A stretch of DNA of 64,000 bases, taken from assembly GCA_009914755.4 (NCBI GenBank), contig CP068257.2, positions 38,432,001 to 38,496,000 on the forward strand, given 5' to 3'. Shown piece by piece: positions 1-13,401 of this stretch. Origin of the DNA: the human T2T-CHM13v2.0 reference genome, Homo sapiens. Under the pieces are notes generated by a model, which was given only the letters and a program-made list of their open reading frames with translations, made no database searches and was not told where the DNA came from. The stretch's first letter is position 1. Each line of letters starts with the position of its first letter. A program made the position numbers and the translations under genes.

Positions 1-3000
1 TGCACATCATTTAAACTTCCTGGGCATCGTCATATTCTGTAAAACAAGGAAGCTCAGCCCAGTGTGTTCTAACATGACCTCCTTTCTACATCCTTAGGTG
101 TTGTTATGCGTGAATCACGTCCCCCCAAAAGACATGTTCATGTCCTAACCCCCAGGACCTCAGAATGTGTGATCTGGTTTGGAAATAAGGTCATCACAGA
201 TGAAATTAGCTAAGACAAGGTCATATTGGAATAGGGTTGGCCCTTAATCCACTGTGACTGGTGTCCTTTTAAGAAGAGGACACAGACACAGGAGGGGAGA
301 GGGCCATGGGATGATGCAGGTGGAGACTGGAGTGCTACAGCTGCAAGCAAATACATTTCTGTGCTGTGAAGCCACCCATTTGGTGGTACTACGTTAAAAC
401 AGCTCTAGGAAATTAATACAGATGTTGCCTGTATTTTTGTTTCTCATATTACTACTCATTGTTTTAATGATGACTGTTTTATTCATTAAGTTGAAAGCTC
501 CTAAAGCAGAGGGACCATATTTTTATGTCCCAACTCTCCTTAAGGCCTTGCCTATGATAGCACATCTCTTCAATAGAATTGTCCTAACTTTAACAGAGAC
601 AACTTGGGTTATTTAATATGGAGAACAAAGGGTTAAGCTGGTGCCAGATGGGTTTCATTTTCTCTAAATCTGGAACCAAAGGCAGCAAGTCTATGGGGTG
701 GACGGAGTTCTTAGCTCAACCCTTTGGTGAGGTAAGAAGAAGGATGTTCCACCAGCAGAGACTGTCAGGTACCAGAATGGGCTACAACATCGCCTCTTCT
801 GGAATTCTGTGGAAAATGAGAGAGGTTCAGTTACCTGGAATGATTTTTCTGGGGCTCCAGCCTGGAGACAGCTTAAGGTCCTAGATGGGTCTTTTCTACC
901 TTTGAATTCTCTGCTTCTCAAAGAGCAGTTTGATACAGTTATATTTCAGTATGGTCTGGCCACTTCTAAACCCAGCAGACTGTATTCACTGTTGGGCTCT
1001 CACGAAGTTTCAAAGGAGCAAAACTGACAGGGCCGGCCTGTAATGTTATTGCACCGATTTATTTATGTGCTTTCATGAGCCTGGCAGTGTCTCCAGGGCA
1101 GGGGCAATGGTATCCCTCTGTGGATCCATTCATAGAGCCTACAATAATCCCTGACATACAGAGTTTTCTGAAGGAATTCATAGACCTAGGGTCACTTTAT
1201 GAAGGCAATGGAAGCTCAGAGAGAAGTGACATAGCTGTTACGTGATAAAACTATAACCCAAACCTTCTGCCTTTTCAGTTCAGATAACGCCTGTTACTTG
1301 ACCACATATGGCCAAATCCTGAGTGTCTAAGTTTCCTAGTGCTGTGTCTACATGACCTTGGCTTGCTTATAATTCCATGTTGGAATGTGAAAGGCTAACA
1401 CTGGGAAGGTGCAATGACTTTGTTTTTAAACGGGAGATTTCCTCACTGCAAGTTTCTAGTTAATTCGACTTTGAATCTAATCTATCATTCTGTGTCGCTG
1501 GAGAGGTGCGTTAAGATGGCAGCCAAAGAGATAGATTTTAAGATCTCCTAAATCATCAGAATACTCAATCTTGGTAAATATTCTCTGGGGCATTGATTTT
1601 AAGACACATTTCATCCCTTACTTGCACAATTCCACGGAAGACTTCATTAGATTTTTTTTGTCCTTGATGAGAATGTAAATGAGTTATGTTGGAGCTCTAC
1701 ACAACCAGGTATGAATGATAATTGGGTTTCTTCACCGAAATGCTAGGAAAGAGGCCCTCAAAAAGACAGAAAAACATTATGATGGGGAAGAGGCTAAATG
1801 TCTTCCAGGCACTATCGACTTGATAAGTGGAGCTTAAATAAGTGAAGCTTGTTATTTAAATGCTAATGAGTCTTTTCCAGAAAATTACCCAGTCCCTTAC
1901 ATAAGTTTTGAAAATTCTCATTTTTATTCTTCTTTAAGTTTCTTGCAACTACAACTGTTGTAGCTCATTCTGAGCAGGTTTACTTCTGGCATGGAAGTTG
2001 GGGGGTGGTTGGGGGGTATAGTTTGCTAGTCCCACTTCAAGGATACAGTCATTTCCTCCAATCCCCCAAACCTTGACCCTCATTTCTTCTGCTTGAGCTC
2101 ACTCTCCAATGGTGGGGCAAAGATCTTCACTGTCATAGCCCCTTTCCTCATTGAGATCACCCTACTTGGAAAATTCCATGGGAAAGTCGCACATGCAGCC
2201 TTGATTCAAAGCCTGGTCTCTTTTCAAGTTAATTTTGTTCATAATCTCTTTTTTTCTAGATGAGGACAGTTTTACTGGTGGCCTGATAATGTTGAAAATT
2301 TAGGTCATGATATTAGTTTCCTTAAACCACAGCCCTCAGTTCTGTACTGCGCTAGGCAGGCATCCTAGGGTCAAAATTGCCTCAGTATGTAGAATACTGG
2401 GGTATTTGACACATTTATTTTTTAATAATTTGGTTTTTGGAGCCATTGTTTTGTACCTGAACTGAACTCTGCTGTATGATAATGACTAAGATAGCAGCTA
2501 AAATATAATTTTTACTTGGATTCCACAGGAAGCCTTTTTTGTGTAACTTACTAGCTCATCTACTGAGCAAATAAACGCTGGGATTTACTGCTCCTTCATG
2601 GAAAGTATTTTGTTAGGCTCCCAGCATTCTAATATAAATAAAACTCGGTGATTAAGCTTCATGCCTGCTCAGCAGCCCATGAGTTGGAGGGCACAGGATA
2701 TAAATAGCTCATGGCCTTTCAACATGGGGTTTGAACCCTAATTAAGCTTCTGCCCATTGAATCAGATTATTTTAATTATCCTGAGTTTGGGATGAGAGAG
2801 GATTTTGTAGATAATATAATAGGTTACAGAACATGTCATGCGTACTGTGATCATGGTATTAATCTGCTTTCATCTGTGCCATTGGTTTCCATATCTTGCA
2901 GTTGTGGAGGTCCAGCTTTACATAACGAATTTACTAGTTGTCTCAGAGAGAGGATGAAACTGGGAGATCTGAACACTCCCTCATGTAACTAAAAAATATT

Positions 3001-3249
3001 TATCTAGCACTTATTACATCCTGGACCACTGGATGCACCTCACCCACCCCAGGTATTTCCCTCAGGGCCACTGCTAGTCCCATCCTGGGTAACAGAGGGC
3101 ATTTTTTCTTTCAAAGTCTCAGCAATAAAGATTCAAGTCCATGTTGTAAGCTCTTGTCATTGAATGTGCGTACATGTGAAGTCTATTCTTTAGTCTCTAC
3201 ATATTCTATATGTAGTATCTCTACCTAAAGGCCATGTAGAATGACTGAG

Positions 3250-3385
3250 AGTGAGAGCTTTGGAATTAGGCTGCCTGGGCTGGAAGTTCATATTCACTAC
3301 TCCCTGGCTGTGTCGCTGGCCAAGTGACCTTGTCAGACAGACCTGACTAATCCCCTAGTCTCTGAGACTAGGTGATGTCATCACC
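3250..3385 (+). mobile_element. MIR (mammalian-wide interspersed repeat, ancient SINE) fragment.
   Basis: ggctgcctgggctggaagttcatattcactactccctggctgtgtcgctggccaagtgaccttg…tctctgagactagg resembles the MIR core …ctagctgtgtgaccttgggcaagtcacttaacctctctgagcctcag. Confidence 0.5.
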
Positions 3386-5291
3386 CACGTTAAGAGCTGT
3401 CCTGAAGTTTAAATGAGATTAATGTGCCCAAGTGCTCCGGGCACATGGCACAGGCACAGCTGGCCGTGCCCATGATTCCTATGCAGCAAACATGACTCAA
3501 TGTCTTTTCTTTTCCATTCCCATTGTTCTGATCTCAGAACTTGATGGCTGATTGGTATTTATCCACTACATGCCTGTGTCAGACACTGTGGCTGGTATGG
3601 GGATGAGGACATGGATAGAGTCCTAGTTTTCCAGTGTATTATAATCCACAGGAAAGACAGAGAAGTAATCAGTGCAGCAGAACCAGCCAAGGGATGTGTT
3701 TTCACTACTGACAGAGATAAATAGCAAATTGTTATGATTTCTTCCATCCTCATAAGAATCTGTTGCAACCCTCTGGCAAACTAATAAAATGCCTAGAAAC
3801 ATAACTTCTACAATGCAGTCATTCTGGTATGCAAGCAACATGTTTTAGATGCTTTTCTTAAAAATAAAGAATTCTTGCAATGACAACACAGTCCTAACAT
3901 ACAAAATAGAATCACGATGTGTTCTCTAGCTGAGAAAATAGAGAATACAAATGATTCTCTGCAAGTATGCCAAACTGTGGTGAGAAGAACCGGCTCCATG
4001 GAATTCACAGAGGTATAAACACCTGGGCAGAGGTGAGAAGCTCTGGTGCAAGAAGCTAGTGGGGGACTGTGCTTCAGAAAGTTCATGGGTTTCAGACTCT
4101 TGAACCCACTGTGGGGCCAGTCACCTACCATTTCTAACTCTAAATAAAACACGGAGTGTTGTCAGTCCCTCACACTGTGGTTTTTGAGGAAGATTTAATG
4201 AAAAAAATGATCCAGCAGATCTTTTACTAATACAGAGGGTTCTGCAAATGCTAAATTAATACGCTCAATTTGGAGAGTGAGGGGGGAACCAGAGACTGAT
4301 GCATGCATTTGAGTAGATTTGCTTGATGTTGGTAAACATCATTTAGTGAAATTCAGCACAAAGGACAGAAACATTGTTCTATAAGCTATAGTGTTTCCCT
4401 GTGATCATCAGGCTAAGCCCCAGGGACAGCATCTCAGCACTCTCAGAATGAAATGCACCTGCCAGGCACTGGCTTAGGGGACCCTGAAAGATGAGGACAG
4501 CTGTTTCTCTGTCTCACCTTTTCCCTGCCTTTCACTGTGCTCCAGTGCCACTTCCATCCTCATCATGCGGGGAACCTTGGGAGCTTTTCCCTGCTGCCCC
4601 CTCTGCTCCTGCTGTGACTCTGATCTTGTTTCATGTCTTCCCCTCACTGGAAGTCCTCCTGAATGACTTGGACCCAAGAGAGCCCCTCCCACTGCTCCAC
4701 ACGCCCGCTGACTCACCATGGCTTCATTCTCTTTCTGTCTAGGACTTACTGAGAAATGAAAACTACTTTAGTTCCATGTCTAATGTCTGCCCCCTGACTA
4801 GGATGAAATGAATGTCTTTTTGCATCTTACTCATGGTGTATCTCCATCATACAGCACTGAGCCATATACGTAAAGTGAAACCTGAATAAATACTTTTGAG
4901 TGCTGAATGAACGCATTAACATTCCCAGCCCTGCTTCCAACTTTATAGCCATGAGATACACACACGTCCCTCCCATGTGCGTCCTGCCTGGCACTCGCTG
5001 ACCACTGGTTTACAGTATCTGCTGTGACTCCGGTTCATGTCTCTGTTGATATTTTACATGCCAACAAATCAACTTCCCCATTATTCTGGGGCTGACCATG
5101 AAGCTGGAAGGTTGCCAGTGCTTTTGTTTTGGGCTGCTGCTTCTCCTGTCTTAACTATTTATGACTAGCTTTATGCATTCTCGGCTGCTAGCTGACCATT
5201 GACAGGGAAGCAGAAATGCATGTTGCTTTTTACCTGGCAGGAAGAACTGATGTGCCGGAGGGGTCCTGCCCTGCTGCGTTACATGCAGGAA

Positions 5292-5465
5292 ACATTTCTA
5301 ACCCTTGGGGCAGTGTTTCTCAATGTGGGGTCCAAACGGCCAGCATCAGAATCACCCAGGGTGTCTGTTACCATGCGGATTCCTAGGCCAGAATCTCTGG
5401 GTGGAGGCCTGGAATTGATATTTAAATAGGCACCAGGTGATTCTGATGCATGTAAAGGTGGAGAA
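5292..5465 (+). mobile_element. MER5-like nonautonomous hAT-type DNA-transposon relic (MITE-like, internally palindromic). The family name is quoted from memory.
   Basis: cagtgtttctcaatgtggggtccaaacggccagcatcagaatcacccaggg…ggattcctaggccagaatctctgggtggaggcctggaattgatatttaaataggcaccaggtgattctgatgcatg shows the characteristic mirrored motif catcagaatcacc(c/t)ggg … ccaggtgattctgatgca. Confidence 0.45.
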
Positions 5466-5716
5466 CGAGACCCAGGGCATCTGCTCTGTTGTCTCTTTTG
5501 CCTGCTCTTCTGCCACCGTTTCCAACAGAATGCTGAAGCCAATGCTGCATCACTCTAAAAATCTAATCCTTTCAATATCTGTAACTTTTTCTGATTTAGC
5601 AGCAAAAAAGTGGCTCTTAAACCCATTGGAGCAGTGTCTTGGAGTAGCAGCAAGCCACACCAGGCAGTTCACAAGGGAGAAGCCAACGGCTGAAGAGATG
5701 TCAAAGCCCTTGAATC

Positions 5717-6000
5717 TTTTTTTTTTTTGGAGACAGAGTCTCGCTCTGTCGTCCAGGCTGGAGTGCAGTGGCGTGATCTCAGCTCACTGCAAGCTCTGCC
5801 TCCCAGGTTCACGCCATTCTCCTGCCTCGGCCTTCTGAGTAGCTGGGACTACAGGTGCCCGCCACCAGGCCGGCTAATTTTTCTTATTTTTAGTAGAGAC
5901 GAGGTTTCACCATGTTAGCCAGGATGGTCTCAATCTCCTGACCTCGTGATCCGACCGCCTCGGCCTCCCAAAGTGCTGGGATTGAGCCACTGCGCCCAGT
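5717..6000 (-). mobile_element. Alu SINE, antisense on the plus strand, with its poly-T at the left.
   Basis: T13 is followed by ggagacagagtctcgctctgtcgtccaggctggagtgcagtgg. It ends at …gagccactgcgcccag. Confidence 0.9.
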
Positions 6001-6699
6001 CTGGATCATTTTTTAAGAGCAAGGCTCTGGCACACACCCCTTTGCAAAGCTAATTCCCACTCATATCCCGTTTATGTCTTCAGAATGTATTAATGTGATC
6101 AAAGAAGAAAGGCGGTAAGAAGATTAGACAAAAGGAAGAGGTAAAAGACTTCTTTAGAATGTAGAATATTCTTGAAAACATTTTTTAAATGAATTTCAAT
6201 GCCTGCTGAAACTGTTTTCTGTATATTACAATGTTATTTCGTAGGCAATGGGTTTACTTCATAAAGCTCACTGCATTTCGCAAATGCTTCCCAAGCTAGG
6301 ATTTATGAAGAATAGCTTTTAACATTATAATAGTTATTTTTCTAATAATAACACACTATTCTAAGAATGTAAATTTTTGCAAAGAAATTGATTAGAGATT
6401 TGAAAGCTAGACGTCAAAGTTTCCAAAATGATAATAATCAGGACATCAATTTCTCAGTCTTTAAAGAGATTTAGGAACGATTCCAATTATGAAGAAATAA
6501 GAGTATCTAATTAATAAGCTCTAGATACATATTAGGGGATTCACCTTCATTGCAGTAATTAATTTCCATATATTATGGATGCAAATATTAATAACAAAAT
6601 CCAACATAATCTTCACATTAACTAGAATTATAATTTTTCTCAAACAGTGTGTTCAGGGGCAAAAGCATAAGCTTTGGGGATAGATGGGTCTGTTTCTGA

Positions 6700-6900
6700 A
6701 TCTTGGTTTTACTACTTATGTGTGCAACTTTATACTGTTTGCATAATTTATCTGAGGCTGCAGTTTTCTCATCTGCAGAATAGAGGCTATGATACCTGCT
6801 TCACGAGTAGGTATCTTACAGGATTGTTGCAAAGATAACGTGCATGACATCATCGTTCTATCCCAATACTGGCATACAGCAGATACACACTAAAGTAGAT
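6700..6900 (+). mobile_element. MIR fragment.
   Basis: tatctgaggctgcagttttctcatctgcagaatagaggctatgatacctgcttcacgagtaggtatcttacaggattgttgcaaagataacgtgcatgacatc…ggcatacagcagatacacactaaag resembles MIR …cctcagtttcctcatctgtaaaatgggg…acctacctcacagggttgttgtgaggat…cctggcacatagtaag. Confidence 0.55.
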
Positions 6901-7151
6901 TACTTTTTTCCTTTTCTGTGTTGCTTAAATTAAAAAAATAAATACATGTACCTGAAATTTCTAGCACTTTTTATAGTAACCAATACTAACAGTAATTCAA
7001 CTGACATAATAATAGCCAAGATCCATCAATAACAGCTCATTATCCCAATTAGGGATGTTATTATACCCATTTGTTTCTCAGGCATAGGTATGAAAAGCCA
7101 CACATTTTCATTTGAGAGAGAAAGAACATTACTATGTTTTCAGCATTGTTA

Positions 7152-7457
<306 letters not shown>

Positions 7458-9189
7458 CTAAAGTGACAAAAATGATTGAAAATTCAAGCACTGAATTAGC
7501 ATTACTCTAGAGTGCTAGGAATAGAAGCTTCTTCCTAGGGGTTGGCTTTGGGAGCAATGAGCTAAGAAGAACCATGACTATGCAGAGAAGGAGCTCTCTT
7601 TTCTCTTTGGGCTTGGCTTTTCATTAAGCTAACATTGATTTGAACTCTGGATTTATGTGTTTGTCAAAAGCTTCTCTGAGACATCATCTGCGATGCCAGC
7701 CCCCTCACCAGTGATGAGGCTGTCAATGAAGACAGGTCCCTTTGGCTGCTGGGAAGCTCTGTTTGCAGGACTAGAAAATCGCCACTACAGTTCTCTCTAC
7801 TGAGGTTTGCTCTCATTCTGAACTTGGCTAATGTTTGGAGGGGAAATAAAAGAGAAGAAAACATGCCAGTCTTCAGAGCTTATTGATTGCTCTATTTTAA
7901 AGGACTCAAGGTATGTTCCTTTTCTTCCCACCTCCTGTAAGCTTTAAGCACTCTAGAACATCCATTAACTGACTTCTCCTACATGATTCACTTGTCAGAC
8001 TTCCCAAGTCCTACTGCCGTGGGCACTTGAAGGTGAGCGAGGCAGGAGCCTGGGTTTGGATGGGTTCTGGGCATCTTAGTGCTTGGAGCAGGAGCTGCTG
8101 TTTGAGCTGGGTCATTATTTGGTGGGCCAGGATTCTCATTACTACCTTGTGATATGTTTCATACTTTTTAAAAAGCTTTTTTACTCCAAGGGAGACTTTG
8201 GCTAGGATATACAGATTTTTCATAAATTTTCAAAGATTGCAGCCCAGGATGCTGTTGCTAAGAGTTTATCAGTCAGCAGGGACCATACTGCAGCCCTGCC
8301 CTGACACTGCAACAGGGATGCGAAAGTCGTAAACAACACAGCTCGACTTCTGTGCCCAAAAAAGGCTCTGAACAGAATGAACCTTACAAAATCCAATTAC
8401 TCAGTCTCTGGCAGGAAAGGAAAGCCTCTCAAAGTTAGAATAAAATTTCCTGGCAGAGAAATAGAGGAAAGGCTGCCAAGATGTCTGTGAGTATCCCAGC
8501 GCATGGTGCGGTGAGGTTGGCACCACAGCAGGCGCCTGGGCTTGGCTTGGAGGTCCGGCCCCGTGGCGGTCACTCGACTCCTCAAAGAGGGTGGCTCTTC
8601 CACAGAGACAGCTTCCTACAACTGGACCCAGCACGAGAGGCTCCGTGTCTACATTTGTTTTTCATTAATGATGGGATATGTCACAGTTTCTAGCAGGCAG
8701 GCCCTTTTAGATCACACCAGATGATCTGCGGGGCTAGGTTACACACTTTTCATGGAAAATTTTGGGCGCCTGTCTGATCATGAGGTTAACCATTCATTCT
8801 AGCTGGAAATTAATGTCACTGTAATATTGGATTCTTGTGGTCAGAGCCCAGAGCATTTTGAAGCACCACAGTTCCACTTCCCAGTAATTAGAAAATGCCA
8901 TCGACCCATTGTCAGGCATCACAAGGAGGTCAAGGGCTCTTGCTGATACATGATCCTGCATGGACTGGGATGGATCTCTGGCGAACGGTCATATTTACAA
9001 ATGGAAATGACTGGCAGGCTTCCTCTGGTGTTAAGCCCCCCAGTGACCAGCTCTTGGAAGGCCATAGACCACTCATGGCATCTGCCTAGCTATCTATTTT
9101 CATAGCCATATGTAGGATTATTGTCTAGTGAGACGCATTTAGCAAATATTGTAACGTGTTATATAACCATGGTGACCTCCACAAACTAT

Positions 9190-9300
9190 GTAACCTCTCT
9201 GTGTCTCAGTTACAAAAGAAACTTTTCCTATGTTGGCTGGAAGGGTTAAATTAAATAATGCATATAAATGGCTTATAAAATTATATGGTCAAAGGAATTA
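9190..9300 (+). mobile_element. MIR fragment.
   Basis: ctctctgtgtctcagttacaaaagaaacttttcctatgttggctggaagggttaaattaaataatgcatataaatggcttataaaa resembles MIR …ggattaaatgagataatgcatgtaaagcgcttagcaca. Confidence 0.5.
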
Positions 9301-10039
9301 CATTCTAATTTTTGAAATTTTTTCAAAGGAAATTTTCAGTTTTAATGCCCAATCTACTGGGTGAAACAAAAGAGATTCCAGGTATACCTTCCCCTTTCCC
9401 AAAAAAAGATAATCAAAAGCAAAACATAGTAGCTTATCCCTTGTCCTGATACAAGCAAGCTAATAAAATCTTGTGTACTTTAGGGCAGGTAGTGCCACCT
9501 CACATACATGGTTTAACTGAAGTGTTTCACTGAAGTTAGCTGATCAAGAGCCACTTTGCACTTGACCAATCTTTAAGTGCTGCTATGCCTGGACCAAATG
9601 TGACTTCAGCCAGGAGAACCCAGGCCTTAGAATTTAGGAGCCATTAGGTCAAGATGTCTCCAGTGGTGGGTGGGGCAGCAGAAGGGTGATGGTTGATGGA
9701 GCAGGTGTTCTGCCCACCTGGTCTCTTACCACTGCCTTCCCGGCAGGAGGCAGCTGGGCTATGTGCTGAGAGTCAGGCAGTTTATCCAGACCACAAGAAA
9801 GGGTTGTCCTGGGACTCATGCCAGCAAACACCTTCCAAAACAAACATAGCCAGGTTTGAAAAGAGGCAGCCTCGGAGCCTGCCTCAGGGTGTTTCCATGG
9901 GCACTCAAAAGCTTGGATAACTTCTGGTTGAGGGTTTCTTGGAAGCAGCCTGTTGGTGTGGAAGCAGGTGGCCTGCTGCTGTGCTAGCTGTCATTGGAGA
10001 CAGACAGCATGGCGGTGAGTGTGGCCAGGTGGGGAACCT

Positions 10040-10240
10040 GGTTCTGCGCCTGTCTCTGTGACCTTGGAAAGCTACACAGACCTCTCTACATCTTGGTTAC
10101 AAAAGCAAGACTTCTTTCATATGTTGGTTGAAAGGTTAAATTAAGTAATGCACACGAAGTGCTTATAAAAACTATGTGACATTTACAGAATTCTCAATAC
10201 ATGTTAGCTATTCTTCTCATTATTACTGGAAAGGAAATAT
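10040..10240 (+). mobile_element. MIR fragment. It is a second copy in the same orientation about 0.9 kb from the previous one.
   Basis: ctgtctctgtgaccttggaaagctacacagacctctctacatcttggttacaaaagcaagac…ggttaaattaagtaatgcacacgaagtgcttataaaa…caatacatgttagctattcttctcattattac resembles MIR …gtgaccttgggcaagtcacttaacctctctg…ctcaataaatgttagctattattatt. Confidence 0.6.
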
Positions 10241-10953
10241 AAGGTATTTCACTCCGGAATAAATAGAATAATCGAGGCAGGCAGTGTGGGGTAATGGACT
10301 TCAGGTGGAAAGAGGCTGGGAAGAGTGAAGATACCTGGGTTCTGGTTGAACAAGCCAGAAAACCTCAGGGTGGCTGTTCTGAAACCCTAAAACTAGGGCC
10401 CTGGTGTTTTTCCCAAAGTGCTGCTGGGGAAACAGCTGCAGGATGTTTCTGGGGCACTGGTGTGGGGGAAGATACCCTGTACAAAGACATGTGTTTGTTT
10501 AAGTGTTAAGTACAGTTTAAAAGTTTTATTTAATGAAGGCTTGCATTATCAGAGTTGATGAGGGGGGCACGGAGTGGATTTTCAACCTGGGGCTTTAGAG
10601 TGCAGGCCTTCTGGATTGATGTGTAGTCGATTACAGATGTTTATTCCTTGGAGTGGCATCCGTAGCCTCCCCTGGAAAGATCCCAAATGGATCAGAGCTG
10701 AGGGATTTCTGTCCCAAATGCCTGGAACTGACTGGCATATTGGCATATATGGTGGTATATATAAGTCAAATTTTCTGCACATTTGCTGGTACTGATTCTT
10801 CTTCACAAGAACAATTCTCTACCTTCTAGCTTTGGTACTCACGTAGCCTTCAAGACGCTCTCCTGTCTAATATTTCCCACATCCTGGGGTTTGGATTGAG
10901 AAGGCATGGCTGTGGCAGCCACTTTGTGTAAAGTGGCAAATAGGGCAGCTTAC

Positions 10954-11069
10954 CAATGGTCTCCATCGTGTCTCTCTCTTCAATCAAAAGCTGAGCCCTG
11001 GGTATGTCGATGTGCATTCGCAGGGTCTGCTGTTGCTTGCTTAACGTATCTGAAGTCCGGGTATTCTTA
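10954..11069 (-). CDS. DSCAM: Cytoplasmic-domain coding exon. Peptide: (S)[38 protein letters not shown].
   Basis: The acceptor is cccattttattcccag|TAAGAATACC and the donor is ACCATTG|gtaagctgcc. It is stop-free, with phases 2 in and 1 out. Confidence 0.78.
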
Positions 11070-12991
11070 CTGGGAATAAAATGGGGTAATGCATTAACAA
11101 ATCCAGTTCAGTGTTAACATTCTACCAACATGCACCTGTATACCAACTTAGTTTATTGTCTAAATATACAAATACCTTGTGAGGAGGGGAACAGAAAACG
11201 TACATACTATGAAAACGTTTCCTTCATTCAAATGTTATTTATTTATTAATATTAAATTTCAGCTGGCTGGAGAGTTTCAGAAAATACAAATTGTCAATAG
11301 AGATTGGCTCTATATCTACCAATAGAATCTTTAGAAAGTTCTCATTTCTTGTGTAAATGCTAAATGAAACAAATGAAAAGCAATTAAAAACCAACAGCAT
11401 TTTCATTTGTCAGATGTGAGATATTCCAGTGATGGTGAGGAATAAAGCACCAGATATTCCAAAGATGGTGAGGGAAAAAGCACGTGCACCAGCTGTTTGT
11501 CGGATGGGAGTTTTACTAATGGATTTGTATTTATATCTGGTGTCATTTTATTTTTGTTCTAGAAGCAAATCACAAACCTTGTTAGCTTCCCTGACGTTAG
11601 TTTTCCTAACTGATAGTACATTTTAGAATGGAAAAAAAGCAATTACTATCATAATTTAATCTCAAAATTTGTGTATCAGAAGATTACTCTTAGAGTGAGC
11701 TGTTCTCTAAAAGTAAATGAAAATAAGTAGTAAAACTGCATGGTAGAATCGGATTCAGTTATAGCCTGCAGTTAAAAAAAAAACTCCACGTTGCACAAAA
11801 ATCTAAAAAAGTCAATAAAGACTTTAATTAGCAATCCACATTAGAAGGGTGGTTGTTCAGTCTTTACAGAATAATAAGACTTTACTAGATGTTCAAATAG
11901 TATTTACTGAAGCATCCTCTAAGAAGCAGCAGTCACTTGGATAATCCAATCAATGGCATAATCTATGGCATCCATCAATCCAGCTCAATTGTTGTTAACA
12001 CTGGTTTTGAGAAAGATTTCTGGAGCCTAGTTAACTCAATAATGGTTTACCTCTGTGTTACTTTTAGTGGAGACCAAAATAGGAATACTCAATGCTACAT
12101 TTTAAATGCTTTCCCCTCTAACCGAGCCATTTACCCCAAGTCCCAGGGCTGTGCCTCCACCGATCCTTCCTTGTTAATGAGGACTCATCCACTCTTAAAC
12201 CAAGTGGTGGACAGAACTTTAATTATCCCAAAGTGAAGGTCACTCAAGTACCCCCTTAGATGTTTGCCTGATGAGATCCATGTATACTCCTCGTTTGAGT
12301 AAAAGCAAATTATCCCATGAAAAAGACAACTTCTGAAAGGTGCAACATTCCTACTTAGGACTTGATCTTGAACCAGATTGCTTGCTCTGCAGATAAGGAA
12401 CTGGGCTATGTACCTACATCATGCTAATTATGCAGAGCCCAAATTCAAACGTTTTGTCCTGACTTTTCACATGGTCTCCAAGCTCTTTCAAATTACTGAC
12501 TTAACTAACTTGTCATTCGTTGATTTTGTTAAAAAGAGAGTAATGAAAAAATTCAAATAATCAAATAAAAGGAGGAGCATTTTGGTTACTTGGGGGGCTG
12601 CATTTACGGCATGCTTAGACAAGCTATATTTCCACAAAAACATATGGGGAACTACTCCTCTGTGAATATCCCAAAGATCTGTTTAGAAACCTCACTAGGG
12701 ACTTGAGCTTGTCCTTGCACCAAAAATAGAAGTGTGAGCTAGTTCCTTCTGCTCTTCATGAATAGTTATGAGGCAGTCAGCGGCTGCTCTATTAAATAGC
12801 GATGAACACCAAGTGCAGGCTATACTTAAACAACAATAAGGGGTCTGCTACCAGATTGCCACAGGAAGCAGGCTAAATAATGGCTGTGAACCACTGCGAC
12901 TGGCTGGCACCAAGATTTAGAACTTGATTCAACTCTGCGAACCAGGACAACCAAGGCTGGAGGTAAATTCTTCCTCCTCAGAAGACTATAA

Positions 12992-13401
<410 letters not shown>

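Noticed and set aside
5437-5918. Plus-strand ORFs of 133 and 63 aa. Similar Alu-spanning ORFs occur at 13049..13309, 16492..16840, 24003..24269, 27581..27805, 37485..37775 and 52937..53231.
   Set aside because: All lie inside Alu elements. They translate to the usual Alu-derived peptides such as [18 protein letters not shown] and [15 protein letters not shown], and are not genes.
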